Source: a virus (lineage: Duplodnaviria; Caudoviricetes). From it: a stretch of 35,776 nucleotides of DNA. This document shows positions 18,394 to 26,963 of this stretch, in pieces. Under the pieces are notes generated by a model. The model saw nothing but the letters and a program-made list of their open reading frames with translations, ran no database searches and had not been told where the DNA came from. A program made the translations under genes and the position numbers. How positions within the stretch are numbered: position 1 is the first letter of the stretch; the number at the start of each line of letters is the position of its first letter. The stretch spans positions 1 through 35,776 of IMG/VR virus record IMGVR_UViG_3300037424_002776; one strand, given 5' to 3'.

Positions 18394-18588
18394 ATGAAAT
18401 ATGTTTTGTATGAAGGTTCAGGTGGAGATATGTTATTCACAAGAGAAGAGCATGTGAGAGCAAATCCAGGTTTGCTCACTCCGTTTGAGAATAAGACACC
18501 GACCATGACAATAGAAGCAAGTGATGACAATGAAGCCATCACAAAACTTAATGGACACATGATGGTCAGAGGTGCTGAAAAAAAATAA
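18394..18588 (+). CDS. Hypothetical protein
   Basis: 64-aa ORF abutting a convergent gene. Confidence 0.55.
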   Translation: MKYVLYEGSGGDMLFTREEHVRANPGLLTPFENKTPTMTIEASDDNEAITKLNGHMMVRGAEKK

Positions 18589-19089
18589 TTACTTCTTCGG
18601 AGGATTTTTAGGAGCTGTCTTTGGGATAGATTTTTTTGTTTCAGCAGGTTTCTTGGAAACCGACTTTTTATTTTCAGGAGTCTTTTGAGTCGTTTCTGGC
18701 TCCTTTGTGGCCCCTTTGCTTTTTATTGGTTTCTTAGGTTCAACAGGCTTTGTAGTTGTTTTTCGAGACTTTTGCGAACTCTTTGTGGCCCCTTTCTTCT
18801 TATTAAGTTCTTCGATTGTCATTCTACCAGTAATTACACGATATTCATCTTCATCCTCTGGTCTCTTAAGCCAACCTAACACAAATGGAGCAATTTTTAC
18901 ATTAATTCTAAGAGCATCTGCATAAGCTTTTTTACTATCTACCATTCTGTTCTTGGCAACGTAATCACTTATCTGCTCATCAAGGTTATTTTGGTAATAC
19001 TCAACTATCGCTTTCTTTTTTGAGTCTTTGACCTCGCATTTAATACCTTCTACTTCTACATATTCTTTATCATCATTCTTTTTGACCAT
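18589..19089 (-). CDS. Hypothetical protein with a Lys/Pro/Thr-rich basic tail
   Basis: Low-complexity C-terminal half. Confidence 0.75.
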   Translation of the reverse strand: MVKKNDDKEYVEVEGIKCEVKDSKKKAIVEYYQNNLDEQISDYVAKNRMVDSKKAYADALRINVKIAPFVLGWLKRPEDEDEYRVITGRMTIEELNKKKGATKSSQKSRKTTTKPVEPKKPIKSKGATKEPETTQKTPENKKSVSKKPAETKKSIPKTAPKNPPKK

Positions 19090-19791
19090 TTATCCTTTCG
19101 TGATTATTATTTCGACAATTGGTGTTCCGAGTGGGTGAGATATGCAATCATATAATATTTCTTCAATAATGAGCCCAACCATCTTCCCTTGCTTATCTGG
19201 AACAATGAGTCTGGTGCCCTTGCCAAGTCCAGCAAGAACCTCTTTATTAGGAAGAATAAGCTCTGATTCTGTATAGTTAGACTTAATGGATATTTCTACA
19301 TCATCATACATGGATACCCTTTGGATTGCAGGCTCTGCAGTTTTGATTTGTTCATTTATTTTCTTGAGCTTCTCATCAAGTTGCCTCTGAGCTTCCTCAA
19401 TTTTCTTCTCAGTCTCAGATAGCTTAGTTTTTACTCCAGAAAGTTCTTTCTGAGCCTCTTGTCTAATTGCATTCTCCCTCTCTATCTCTTCTTGGGTTTT
19501 ACTGTTTTGCTCATCTTGCTTTCTTTTGATATGCATCTCAATAGTAAAATCTTTGAGAGAATTAATTCCAGCCTCATAATCTTTAATGAGCTGATGAATG
19601 TATTCATCAGTTGCTTTTGTGGGGTCATAGTGAACGTAAGACTCGTGGTTGTACTTAATTAAAATATTTTGAACAGCATCAAACTCAAGGTGATAATATT
19701 TTTCTACCAATTGAGGAACATACTTTATGAAATCTGGATTATATGCAGCATATAAGTCTGTTAGCAATTCCTTGAAGTTCTCTTTTTTCAT
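19090..19791 (-). CDS. Coiled-coil hypothetical protein
   Basis: 233-aa ORF with a central E/K/Q helical segment. Confidence 0.8.
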   Translation of the reverse strand: MKKENFKELLTDLYAAYNPDFIKYVPQLVEKYYHLEFDAVQNILIKYNHESYVHYDPTKATDEYIHQLIKDYEAGINSLKDFTIEMHIKRKQDEQNSKTQEEIERENAIRQEAQKELSGVKTKLSETEKKIEEAQRQLDEKLKKINEQIKTAEPAIQRVSMYDDVEISIKSNYTESELILPNKEVLAGLGKGTRLIVPDKQGKMVGLIIEEILYDCISHPLGTPIVEIIITKG

Positions 19792-19913
19792 TTTCTAAAT
19801 TTATAATTAAGTAGTCACTAAAAAATAATAAGTTTTTAACCCAAAATCAATGGTTAAACTTTTTTGGGCATTATTTACTTGTAACTATCACGATAATAAA
19901 AAAGCGTAACATT

Positions 19914-22130
19914 ATGGCCATTCACAAGAAAATACACTCATTTACGGGAACTACAGACCATGATTTTACAGGTCTTATTTCGGGGCAGCTTATTCAGTAT
20001 GATGGAAGCGGCATTGTGAGTGCTGGTGCCATACCAACATCTGGAGACCTTTGGTCCGCATCTACTGGCGCAAACTCTATTATTGCAAATAATGGCAGTG
20101 GAAATTTAGCAGCTGGAGATTATTCAATAGTCGGAGGTAAGCAAAATATAGCAAATTGGGAATTTTCAGTTGTTTTAGGTGGTTCTGGTAATACTGCAAG
20201 TGCTGGATATTCAAATTATACATCTACTATTGGTGGTGGAATATCCAATCAAGCTATTGGTTACTATGGCTCAACTGTTAGTGGTGGAAAAAACAACACA
20301 GCATCTGGCTCTGGCTCTTTCATTGGTGGTGGTGAAAATAACACAGCATCTGATTATTATTCAACTGTTGGTGGGGGCAAAAATAACACAGCATCAGGAC
20401 AACAGTCTTTTGTTGGTGGAGGAATTAATAATACAGCATTGGGATTGGACTCAGCAATTGTTGGCGGAAATAATAATTTAGCATCAGGAACCCGTTCGTT
20501 TGTTGGAGGTGGAATTTCTAATTCAGGAACAAGTTCTTACTCTTCTATTTCAGGTGGTAAAAATAATTTAGCATCAGGGACTCATTCATTTGTGGGAGGA
20601 GGCACTAATGGTGTTTCATCAGGTTCCTACTCTTCTGTTGTAGGTGGGTATTATGCTACAGCATCAGGACTTCAATCTTTTATTGGTGGAGGATATAGAT
20701 GTGTGGCTTCTGGAGATTATTCATCTATAATTGGTGGTCAATTTAATTCAGCAATCACAATGTCATCAGTTGTTATTGGAGGCCAGGGTAATTTAGCTTC
20801 AGGAATTCATTCATCTATTATTGGAGGTAAAGGTAATATTGTAACTGGGTATTATTCTATTGTTGGCGGATATAACAATAGAGAGTTAGGTGGGGGATAT
20901 GGTTCTGCCGTTATTGGTGGTCGTGAAAATCTTTCAACATTTGGTTATGCCTCTGTGTTTGGAGGTGGGTTTAACACAGCATCAACAGGTAGCTATGCAA
21001 CTGTTTTTGCTGGAACTAATAATCATGCTCAAGGAGACCGCTCAGCAATTATGGGTGGTTTTAGTAATAGTATTTTAGATACAGGGGGTCAAAGTGATAG
21101 TGTAATATTGGGTGGTAAATATAACGAAGTTTCAGGTATAAGGTCATCAATAATTGGTGGCTCTGGAAATACAGTAGCTGGGAATTACTCCATAATATTA
21201 GGTGGTTCTGGAATGACAAATTCATTCGACTCAACATTAATGACTCAAAATGCAAGACTTGCTGAGAACGGTGGAGTTGTATATTCAGCTGGAACTGACC
21301 TTTATGACATACTTATTCAAGGTCTTCAGTCAGTATTAAATGAGGGAAGCACAGGCTCTGTAACTACAGATATTACTATGACACGTTCCAATGGCTCAAA
21401 ATTTACAAGACTTCTATTACAAGATGCTGGAGCAGTATTTGGTCAACAAGAAGCGTTTTCGGCAGCCACATTTCAGGGTGTGTTAAATACAAATACTAAG
21501 ATGACTTTCTCAAAAGGACCAGCCTCTACGAAAAGCATCACATTTGATGGCTCAAATATGACAATTCTTGATAGTATGAGTTCTATTGGGCTTGTATATT
21601 CAGCAAATTATCACCCAAACTATACAAGCAGGTCGCTTATTGATAAAGAATATGTTGATAATATCATATCAACTGGTGTAACAATTGTGACAGCAAGTAA
21701 TGGTCTTACAAAGACGGGTGACAACATCACGCTTGGCGGAACACTTACGGCTGCAACAACAATTAACGCTGGGGGAAATGGCTTCTCAATAAATAACGTT
21801 GATGTATTAGAATTCCAATCTGGAGATAATACAAATATCTATGCTGGTCAAGACGTAGTTCTTTCAGGTGGTGTTAATACTCAAATTTACGGTAATAGTG
21901 GAATCAGCTTAAATGATAATACAACACTTACGGGATACCTTGATGCAAGTGGTGGTATTTCTGGTAACACGGTTCATGCAGATACATTCTTCTCAATGGT
22001 GCCTTACACAGGTTCAAATCCATCATCACCAAATAATAATGACATCTGGTTCCATAGTGGAGTGACTGGAACAATAACCCTTAACTATAGAGTTGGAGGT
22101 TCTAACTTCAGCGTGGAGTTGGCACAATAG
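19914..22130 (+). CDS. Glycine-repeat fibre/adhesin-like virion protein
   Basis: More than 20 tandem ~14-aa repeats GGxxNxASGxxSx(I/V); ASNGLTKTGDNITLGGTL fibre-type segment. Confidence 0.75.
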   Translation: MAIHKKIHSFTGTTDHDFTGLISGQLIQYDGSGIVSAGAIPTSGDLWSASTGANSIIANNGSGNLAAGDYSIVGGKQNIANWEFSVVLGGSGNTASAGYSNYTSTIGGGISNQAIGYYGSTVSGGKNNTASGSGSFIGGGENNTASDYYSTVGGGKNNTASGQQSFVGGGINNTALGLDSAIVGGNNNLASGTRSFVGGGISNSGTSSYSSISGGKNNLASGTHSFVGGGTNGVSSGSYSSVVGGYYATASGLQSFIGGGYRCVASGDYSSIIGGQFNSAITMSSVVIGGQGNLASGIHSSIIGGKGNIVTGYYSIVGGYNNRELGGGYGSAVIGGRENLSTFGYASVFGGGFNTASTGSYATVFAGTNNHAQGDRSAIMGGFSNSILDTGGQSDSVILGGKYNEVSGIRSSIIGGSGNTVAGNYSIILGGSGMTNSFDSTLMTQNARLAENGGVVYSAGTDLYDILIQGLQSVLNEGSTGSVTTDITMTRSNGSKFTRLLLQDAGAVFGQQEAFSAATFQGVLNTNTKMTFSKGPASTKSITFDGSNMTILDSMSSIGLVYSANYHPNYTSRSLIDKEYVDNIISTGVTIVTASNGLTKTGDNITLGGTLTAATTINAGGNGFSINNVDVLEFQSGDNTNIYAGQDVVLSGGVNTQIYGNSGISLNDNTTLTGYLDASGGISGNTVHADTFFSMVPYTGSNPSSPNNNDIWFHSGVTGTITLNYRVGGSNFSVELAQ
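20085..21215 (+). repeat. Degenerate ~42-bp coding tandem repeats
   Basis: Recurring ggtgg..aataacacagcatc / aataatttagcatcagg units; boundaries approximate. Confidence 0.8.
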
Positions 22131-22142
22131 GTATAAGCTAAC

Positions 22143-22176
22143 AAAAAAGCCAGGATTAATTTTCCTGGCTTTTTTT
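22143..22176. terminator. Bidirectional intrinsic terminator between convergent genes
   Basis: aaaaaagccagga-ttaattt-tcctggcttttttt. Confidence 0.85.
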
Positions 22177-22320
22177 ATACTCTTCAAATTTTCTTAATAA
22201 TTCTTCCTCATCTTGCTTTTCCCATTCTTCTGGGTAAGGTTCAGATGAAAAGATTAGTGCTAATCCTACGATGATAACACTGATGCAGTAAAACATTAAT
22301 ATGTAGTAAAATATTGTCAT
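22156..22320 (-). CDS. Small single-TM protein (54 aa, not in the track)
   Basis: MTIFYYILMFYCISVIIVGLALIFSSEPYPEEWEKQ...; ATGA overlap with the upstream ORF. Confidence 0.6.
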   Translation of the reverse strand: MTIFYYILMFYCISVIIVGLALIFSSEPYPEEWEKQDEEELLRKFEEYKKSQEN

Positions 22321-22427
22321 TGCCACTTAGAGTTTTGTTCTTCTTTACCAAGTTTACTACCTGGACTAAAAAACCAGCCAAACTTTTTGTTGAACCAATT
22401 TGCGAACCGTTTGAATTTATTTTTCAT
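22317..22427 (-). CDS. Small amphipathic peptide (36 aa, not in the track)
   Basis: MKNKFKRFANWFNKKFGWFFSPGSKLGKEEQNSKWQ; overlaps both neighbours. Confidence 0.55.
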   Translation of the reverse strand: MKNKFKRFANWFNKKFGWFFSPGSKLGKEEQNSKWQ

Positions 22428-22803
22428 CTTGTTTAATTTTCATGAAAGCAAAAGGTGTCTCAAAATACTTGCCATATCTCTCCGTATCATCAATACAAAA
22501 GTCAATTTTGTTTTTCTTGCAATAATCTCCCTTTGTTCGGTCCCAAGTCTCATCATCCATCCATGGATTTCCTTTGTTGTCATCATGCATCTTTGTGCCA
22601 GATTGTTCGTGATGGTCAGCAATTGAAAAAAAATGAGTGTAGCTCAAGCCAAGCTCCTTAATCTCATCCATTGCTCCATCCGATACTCTTCGCCCTGTAA
22701 GTATATGCACTTCATGACCAGCTGCTACAAATAATCTTGAGAGCTCTGCAAAAAAAACTGGATTTGCATCACAAACCCCATGAATGTCTAATCCTATTTT
22801 CAC
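22417..22803 (-). CDS. HAD-superfamily protein
   Basis: KIGLDIHGV, ILTGR, K..CIDD. Confidence 0.75.
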   Translation of the reverse strand: MKIGLDIHGVCDANPVFFAELSRLFVAAGHEVHILTGRRVSDGAMDEIKELGLSYTHFFSIADHHEQSGTKMHDDNKGNPWMDDETWDRTKGDYCKKNKIDFCIDDTERYGKYFETPFAFMKIKQDEK

Positions 22804-22823
22804 TTATTGTAATTTATCATTTA

Positions 22824-22849
22824 TTATACGAAGATAATAAAAAAATGTT
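22824..22849 (-). promoter_or_regulatory. AAC-N16-CGTAT promoter upstream of the HAD gene
   Basis: Minus strand reads AACAtttttttattatcttCGTATAA. Confidence 0.85.
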
Positions 22850-23754
22850 TACCTGTACTCTTTAAGTGCAGTTCTGTGAGCTCGGATTTTTAATCTTCTG
22901 ATTCCTTGTTCTTTAATTTGACGAACTCTTTCTCTGGTTAGGTCAAATACTTCACCTATCTCTTCCAGGCTCATTGCGTTTGTATCAAACAATCCAAAAT
23001 ATAGAGTGAGAACTTGCTGTTCTCTTGGCTTAAGAGTTGATAGAACTCTCTTAAGTTCTATTTGAAGGTCTTTGTTGGTCAATAGTTTCTTGACATCATA
23101 TTCACTCTCACCCTCAATAATATCTATCATGCTACCAGAGTCAGAATCATTAGTCATTGGAGCATCAAGAGAGGATACAGAGCTTGAACTAAATATCAAT
23201 TCTTTAATCTTATCTTCACCGTATTTTTTTGAATCACCCTTAGCCCCCTTCTCATCTTCGAGAGCCATCAAGTAATCAGAAATCTCATCAACGGTTGGTT
23301 CTCTCTGATAAATCTGCTCCAACTCAGATTTTACTTGCTTGATTTTATTAACCATTCCGATTTTGTTCAGAGGAAGTCTGATTTGTCGGCCATTTTCAGC
23401 TAAGTATTGCATGATTGACTGACGAATCCACCAGACAGCATAGGATATAAATTTAAACCCCCTTGATTCATCAAATCTTTCTGCCGCTTTAATAAGTCCA
23501 AGATTTCCTTCGTTAACAAGGTCTGGAAGCGGTGATTGTCCAGTGTATTGCTTAGCTACACTAATTACGAATCTAAGGTTGGCTTCGCAAAGCTTATTTC
23601 GAGCAGCAATGTCACCTTCCTTAATTTTTCGAGTTAATTCAATTTCTTCTTCAGGAGTAATTGTGTCACCGAGGTTACTTACTTCTGTCAGATACTTGTT
23701 GAATGATAATGATTCACGATTTGTGATTTGTTTTGAAATCTTTAACTGTCTCAT
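22849..23754 (-). CDS. rpoD: RNA polymerase sigma-70 factor, Bacteroidota RpoD type (no region 1.1)
   Basis: Starts MRQLKISKQITNRES; ANLRFVISVAKQY, GFKFISYAVWWIRQSI, LTRERVRQIKE; start corrected to ATG 23754. Confidence 0.93.
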   Translation of the reverse strand: MRQLKISKQITNRESLSFNKYLTEVSNLGDTITPEEEIELTRKIKEGDIAARNKLCEANLRFVISVAKQYTGQSPLPDLVNEGNLGLIKAAERFDESRGFKFISYAVWWIRQSIMQYLAENGRQIRLPLNKIGMVNKIKQVKSELEQIYQREPTVDEISDYLMALEDEKGAKGDSKKYGEDKIKELIFSSSSVSSLDAPMTNDSDSGSMIDIIEGESEYDVKKLLTNKDLQIELKRVLSTLKPREQQVLTLYFGLFDTNAMSLEEIGEVFDLTRERVRQIKEQGIRRLKIRAHRTALKEYR

Positions 23755-23785
23755 GTTTTGTTTGTCTTTTTTATAGTCGTGTCTA

Positions 23786-23811
23786 TGATACGTAGAGAAA
23801 ATAAAAATGTT
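23786..23811 (-). promoter_or_regulatory. AAC-N16-CGTAT promoter upstream of rpoD
   Basis: Minus strand reads AACAtttttattttctctaCGTATCA. Confidence 0.8.
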
Positions 23812-23854
23812 TAACAAACTTGTGAAAAGTTACTAACATGTTAAAAACTTTGTA

Positions 23855-23894
23855 AAAAACAAAAGCCTTGACTACTATTGTTCATCAAGGCTTT
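23855..23894 (-). terminator. Terminator-like hairpin ending the tmRNA transcript
   Basis: Minus strand: aaagccttga-13 nt-tcaaggcttttgtttttt. Confidence 0.75.
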
Positions 23895-24153
23895 CAATTT
23901 CGGACCGTTAGGCTGCGATTGCCACTGGGGCAAGAACAACTGCTTCGGCTCTCTCAGACTCCGCTATCGCTGCAAGTGCAAGAGATTTTGTTAAAGTTTT
24001 GTCATTTCTGACAGCTCGGTTCTGAATAAATCATTTATGTAATGAAGTCTAATAGCCAGTACATCCCCATTTTTAATTGGTCTTTGTGGAGATGAAGGGA
24101 GTCGAACCCTCGTGTTTCATTAAAACAATTTATCGTAAGCAAACCTTACTAAT
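23862..24153 (-). ncRNA. ssrA: Circularly permuted (two-piece) tmRNA
   Basis: T-arm GAGGG-TTCGACT-CCCTT plus CATCTCC-A (24094-24087) precede GGGGATG (24068-24062); G3-U70 pair; TAATGAA/TTCATTA helix; tag frame ends VAIAA-TAA at 23908; outer ends approximate. Confidence 0.9.
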
Positions 24154-24158
24154 TGTAA

Positions 24159-24184
24159 ATATACGAAAAATAATTTAAAATGTT
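24159..24184 (-). promoter_or_regulatory. AAC-N16-CGTAT promoter upstream of the tmRNA
   Basis: Minus strand reads AACAttttaaattatttttCGTATAT. Confidence 0.85.
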
Positions 24185-24197
24185 ACAAAAAACAAAA

Positions 24198-24716
24198 TTA
24201 TTTCCAGTAATTAGAAATAATTTTACATAAATCTATTGTTTCTTGGTGAGATAAATTATTCTTCATATAGTTAATATTTTTGCTAACAAATTGAATATTT
24301 TCTCTAAAATAACCTTTACTACTATCAATTCTATCTAAAGATGCTGTATATAAAGAGTTGCTTTCAGCTTTATAATCCCAATCCACAAGTTGGATGCCAG
24401 TATATGGACATATTCCATTTTGTTTATCCCAAACATCTTTTAAGTCTTTCAGCGTAAGATTAAATTTTTTGTTTCTTGATTTAGCTTTTCTTAAATGATA
24501 CCTAAAAGGTGAGAATTCATCTTTTTGAGAACCTTTCATAAGTTTGCTGGTATCACCTTCAGCACCATTTGGAAAATTTATTACATTACCTTTCCCAGAA
24601 CAACTCCTGGAGCAATATGTTTTTCTTCCTATTTTTTGATTTCTCTTATGTTCTCTTTTTTCTCTTTCAAAATTTTTACCACAAATTTCGCAAACTAATT
24701 TTACTTTATTTCCCAT
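24198..24716 (-). mobile_element. Free-standing HNH-like (beta-beta-alpha-Me) endonuclease with an N-terminal Zn finger
   Basis: CEICGKNF..YCSRSC; CPYTG..SLDRIDSSKGY..NIQFV..N.MKN; lower GC than flanks. Confidence 0.8.
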
Positions 24717-25119
24717 GTGTAATATTTATCCGTCTCCACGACTTTTGTGGTAGACTCCACAGATAAATATTAAAAAAAAATATAAATGTTGCAAATAAAA
24801 TGAAAATGTTAGAAACTTTTTTGGAATTCCTCCAAATTGCGTCTTTAAGCTCTTGATTTTTGTCTTTAATCTGGCGATTGACGAGTAGTGTGTATGAGAT
24901 AATGAACCATAGGGAAATTGCTCCTTGAATTATAAAGGCCAATAGATTAGGTTCTCCAATAGGAAAAATAATAATGAGTGCAATCATAGAAATAGCAAAC
25001 AGAGGTAGTGTAATTCCAAATACCTTAGCTTCCCAGCTCTCTTGCATTCTCTCTATGTATAAAGCGAGCATAGGATACTTAGTAACCTTAACACCATCTA
25101 TGTATTTGTAGAGCTTCAT
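24706..25119 (-). CDS. Membrane protein; C-terminus may be read-through into the endonuclease leader
   Basis: Two TM segments; last ~35 codons run through T-rich intergenic-like sequence. Confidence 0.65.
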   Translation of the reverse strand: MKLYKYIDGVKVTKYPMLALYIERMQESWEAKVFGITLPLFAISMIALIIIFPIGEPNLLAFIIQGAISLWFIISYTLLVNRQIKDKNQELKDAIWRNSKKVSNIFILFATFIFFFNIYLWSLPQKSWRRINITHGK

Positions 25120-25463
25120 TCCATTCCTATTTTCTCCATGAATTCATCACGAATTTCATCATACTCCTTCTTATAGTCAGAGTATCTGGTATAGTCGCTC
25201 AAGTGTGTCTTGGAATGGTAAATGAATGACGTGCGGTCAAGACCAACAACGCTGGCAATTTCATCTTGATTATACTTGTTGTTGAATGTTTCCCCAAGTA
25301 TGACCATGAGCATTTTTCTGAAATAGACAAGAGGTTTCTTCCTTGATTCAACTTTCACTTCATCAAGAGTGTCTACATCCAGGTTAAACTTCTCTTTGAC
25401 GTGAGTTTTAAGTATTCCAACCAAGATGTTTATCTCGTCTTTATGGTCAATGATAAAACTCAT
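25116..25463 (-). CDS. Stand-alone DnaA C-terminal (domain IV)-like HTH protein
   Basis: SRKKPLVYFRKMLM..QDEIASVVGLDRTSFIY resembles SR..IV..RQ..M..EIG..F..DHTTV. Confidence 0.65.
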   Translation of the reverse strand: MSFIIDHKDEINILVGILKTHVKEKFNLDVDTLDEVKVESRKKPLVYFRKMLMVILGETFNNKYNQDEIASVVGLDRTSFIYHSKTHLSDYTRYSDYKKEYDEIRDEFMEKIGME

Positions 25464-25467
25464 GTGA

Positions 25468-25761
25468 CTAACCGAAAAGTTTTGAAAGAGGACTTGCCTT
25501 TGTTAAGACAAATTTAATCTCCACAACACCATCAATGACATCAGCTTCAAAGCCGCCCATTGAGAATGTTTTTTCTTCAGACTTAAAAGCCTCTTCCATG
25601 CAATGTTGAGCAACTGCGGAAATCTCTTCTACAGTCGGAACTCTTTTTTCTCCAGTTTCAGAGTCCTTCCACTTAACATTAAGATACTTGATAACCTTGT
25701 GAATAGTCTCAAGATTCAAGTCCTCAAGATTTAGCTGGATTTGTTCTTTTTTTGGTGTCAT
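25468..25761 (-). CDS. Hypothetical protein
   Basis: Operon-coupled ORF. Confidence 0.75.
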   Translation of the reverse strand: MTPKKEQIQLNLEDLNLETIHKVIKYLNVKWKDSETGEKRVPTVEEISAVAQHCMEEAFKSEEKTFSMGGFEADVIDGVVEIKFVLTKASPLSKLFG

Positions 25762-26054
25762 AGCCTTTCTAATTCAAAATTTTGAGACAACTCCTTGATG
25801 AACTTACTTTGTTTAAGTTCTCGTGAGTTGAAGCGTCCTCTAACCTTAACAGTGGACAATTTAATAATTTTTTCTAACAATTCATGACTTTCAACCCCAC
25901 TTTCTTTTGGAGTGAGCTTGAAATTCTTGTTGATGTCGTAGATAAAAACATCTTCATCCAGACTGTCTGAATGAAAATCACCACCAGCTCTAACTGTATT
26001 AGAATCAAGCAGTTGTTGTATTTTCAACTTATCATTTACATCAATATTTGCCAT
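25758..26054 (-). CDS. Hypothetical protein
   Basis: First gene after the promoter motif; ATGA overlap with the next gene. Confidence 0.75.
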   Translation of the reverse strand: MANIDVNDKLKIQQLLDSNTVRAGGDFHSDSLDEDVFIYDINKNFKLTPKESGVESHELLEKIIKLSTVKVRGRFNSRELKQSKFIKELSQNFELERL

Positions 26055-26076
26055 AAATTTTAAAATTTAGCTATTA

Positions 26077-26102
26077 TTATACGTTTTAAACAAAAAAATG
26101 TT
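26077..26102 (-). promoter_or_regulatory. AAC-N16-CGTAT promoter
   Basis: Minus strand reads AACAtttttttgtttaaaaCGTATAA. Confidence 0.85.
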
Positions 26103-26516
26103 TCACTTGTCATCTTTATTGCGTTGTTGCTCAAGAAATTCCTTTCCCTTATCGGTAAGCTCAATGGAGCAATCCTTATAGATAAGGAGCGGGCCATTTG
26201 ATTTCGCAAATCCTTTTCTTCGAAGTGATTCAAAAATCACATTTGCACAGAATGCTCCAGTTATATTTGACAACAAATCGGCTGTTATAGCCAATTCCTC
26301 TAAATTAAGTTCCCTGCAATAGAGTACAAGAGCGTGTCTGCATATTTCGTAGTCCTCTTCATCACTCCTATCATCTGGGTTTTTGTTGCAAATTCTATGG
26401 AATGCAGTCAGAACATCATCGCTCATGTTTATGAGCCACCCATCCATGGTTTCCACATTTTTATCAATTATGGAATTTCCCTGGTCAGTGAGAGTATAGA
26501 CCATATTATCGTCCAT
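26103..26516 (-). CDS. Hypothetical protein
   Basis: Start moved to ATG 26516 to minimise overlap with the upstream gene. Confidence 0.7.
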   Translation of the reverse strand: MDDNMVYTLTDQGNSIIDKNVETMDGWLINMSDDVLTAFHRICNKNPDDRSDEEDYEICRHALVLYCRELNLEELAITADLLSNITGAFCANVIFESLRRKGFAKSNGPLLIYKDCSIELTDKGKEFLEQQRNKDDK

Positions 26517-26898
26517 CTGGTAACACGTCTGGATACACCAAAGTTTCAAGGGTTTGATGTGGGTTAAATACTTTTTTGCCATGGTATTCAAATCCCTCAA
26601 GAAGTTCGTGTTCCACAATCATCTTGACACATACCCACGCTGTCATTACAATACTGGTTTCGTTTGCAGTTGCAACTGGCGTAGTATGCCATCGACCCCA
26701 ACCCCATCCAATTTCACCTGTATTAATGTCTTTCCTCAAGAAGGATGTTCTTATGAGATATAGGTCTTCAGAGCCTTTTCTCTCCGTAAGTTCAAATTTC
26801 CAACCCATGTCGATGCATGAGTGCTTAGAGAAGTTGATATTCTTCAAAATTTTATCAACCTCTTCAAATGTGAGAGTTTTATTTTTGGTATCTATCAT
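26506..26898 (-). CDS. Hypothetical protein
   Basis: 130-aa ORF starting 7 nt after the promoter -10 element. Confidence 0.75.
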   Translation of the reverse strand: MIDTKNKTLTFEEVDKILKNINFSKHSCIDMGWKFELTERKGSEDLYLIRTSFLRKDINTGEIGWGWGRWHTTPVATANETSIVMTAWVCVKMIVEHELLEGFEYHGKKVFNPHQTLETLVYPDVLPDGR

Positions 26899-26905
26899 AC
26901 TCTAT

Positions 26906-26931
26906 TTATACGCAAATTTTAATTTTATGTT
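26906..26931 (-). promoter_or_regulatory. AAC-N16-CGTAT promoter (probably yields a leaderless mRNA)
   Basis: Minus strand reads AACAtaaaattaaaatttgCGTATAA. Confidence 0.8.
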
Positions 26932-26963
26932 GCATTTATAAGAAGCAACATGTATATTTGTTT

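Noticed and set aside
20085-21215. CRISPR-like or DGR-like repeat array
   Set aside because: Repeats are degenerate, in frame and encode 14-aa protein repeats; no constant repeat/unique spacer pattern and no cas or reverse transcriptase gene in the window
23755-23817. N-terminal extension of RpoD in the ORF track
   Set aside because: It overlaps the promoter motif, and homology begins at MRQLK (ATG 23754)
24085-24112. tRNA gene suggested by the GGTTCGACTCC T-loop
   Set aside because: No D-arm or anticodon arm upstream; the matching 5' acceptor strand lies downstream, which fits a permuted tmRNA
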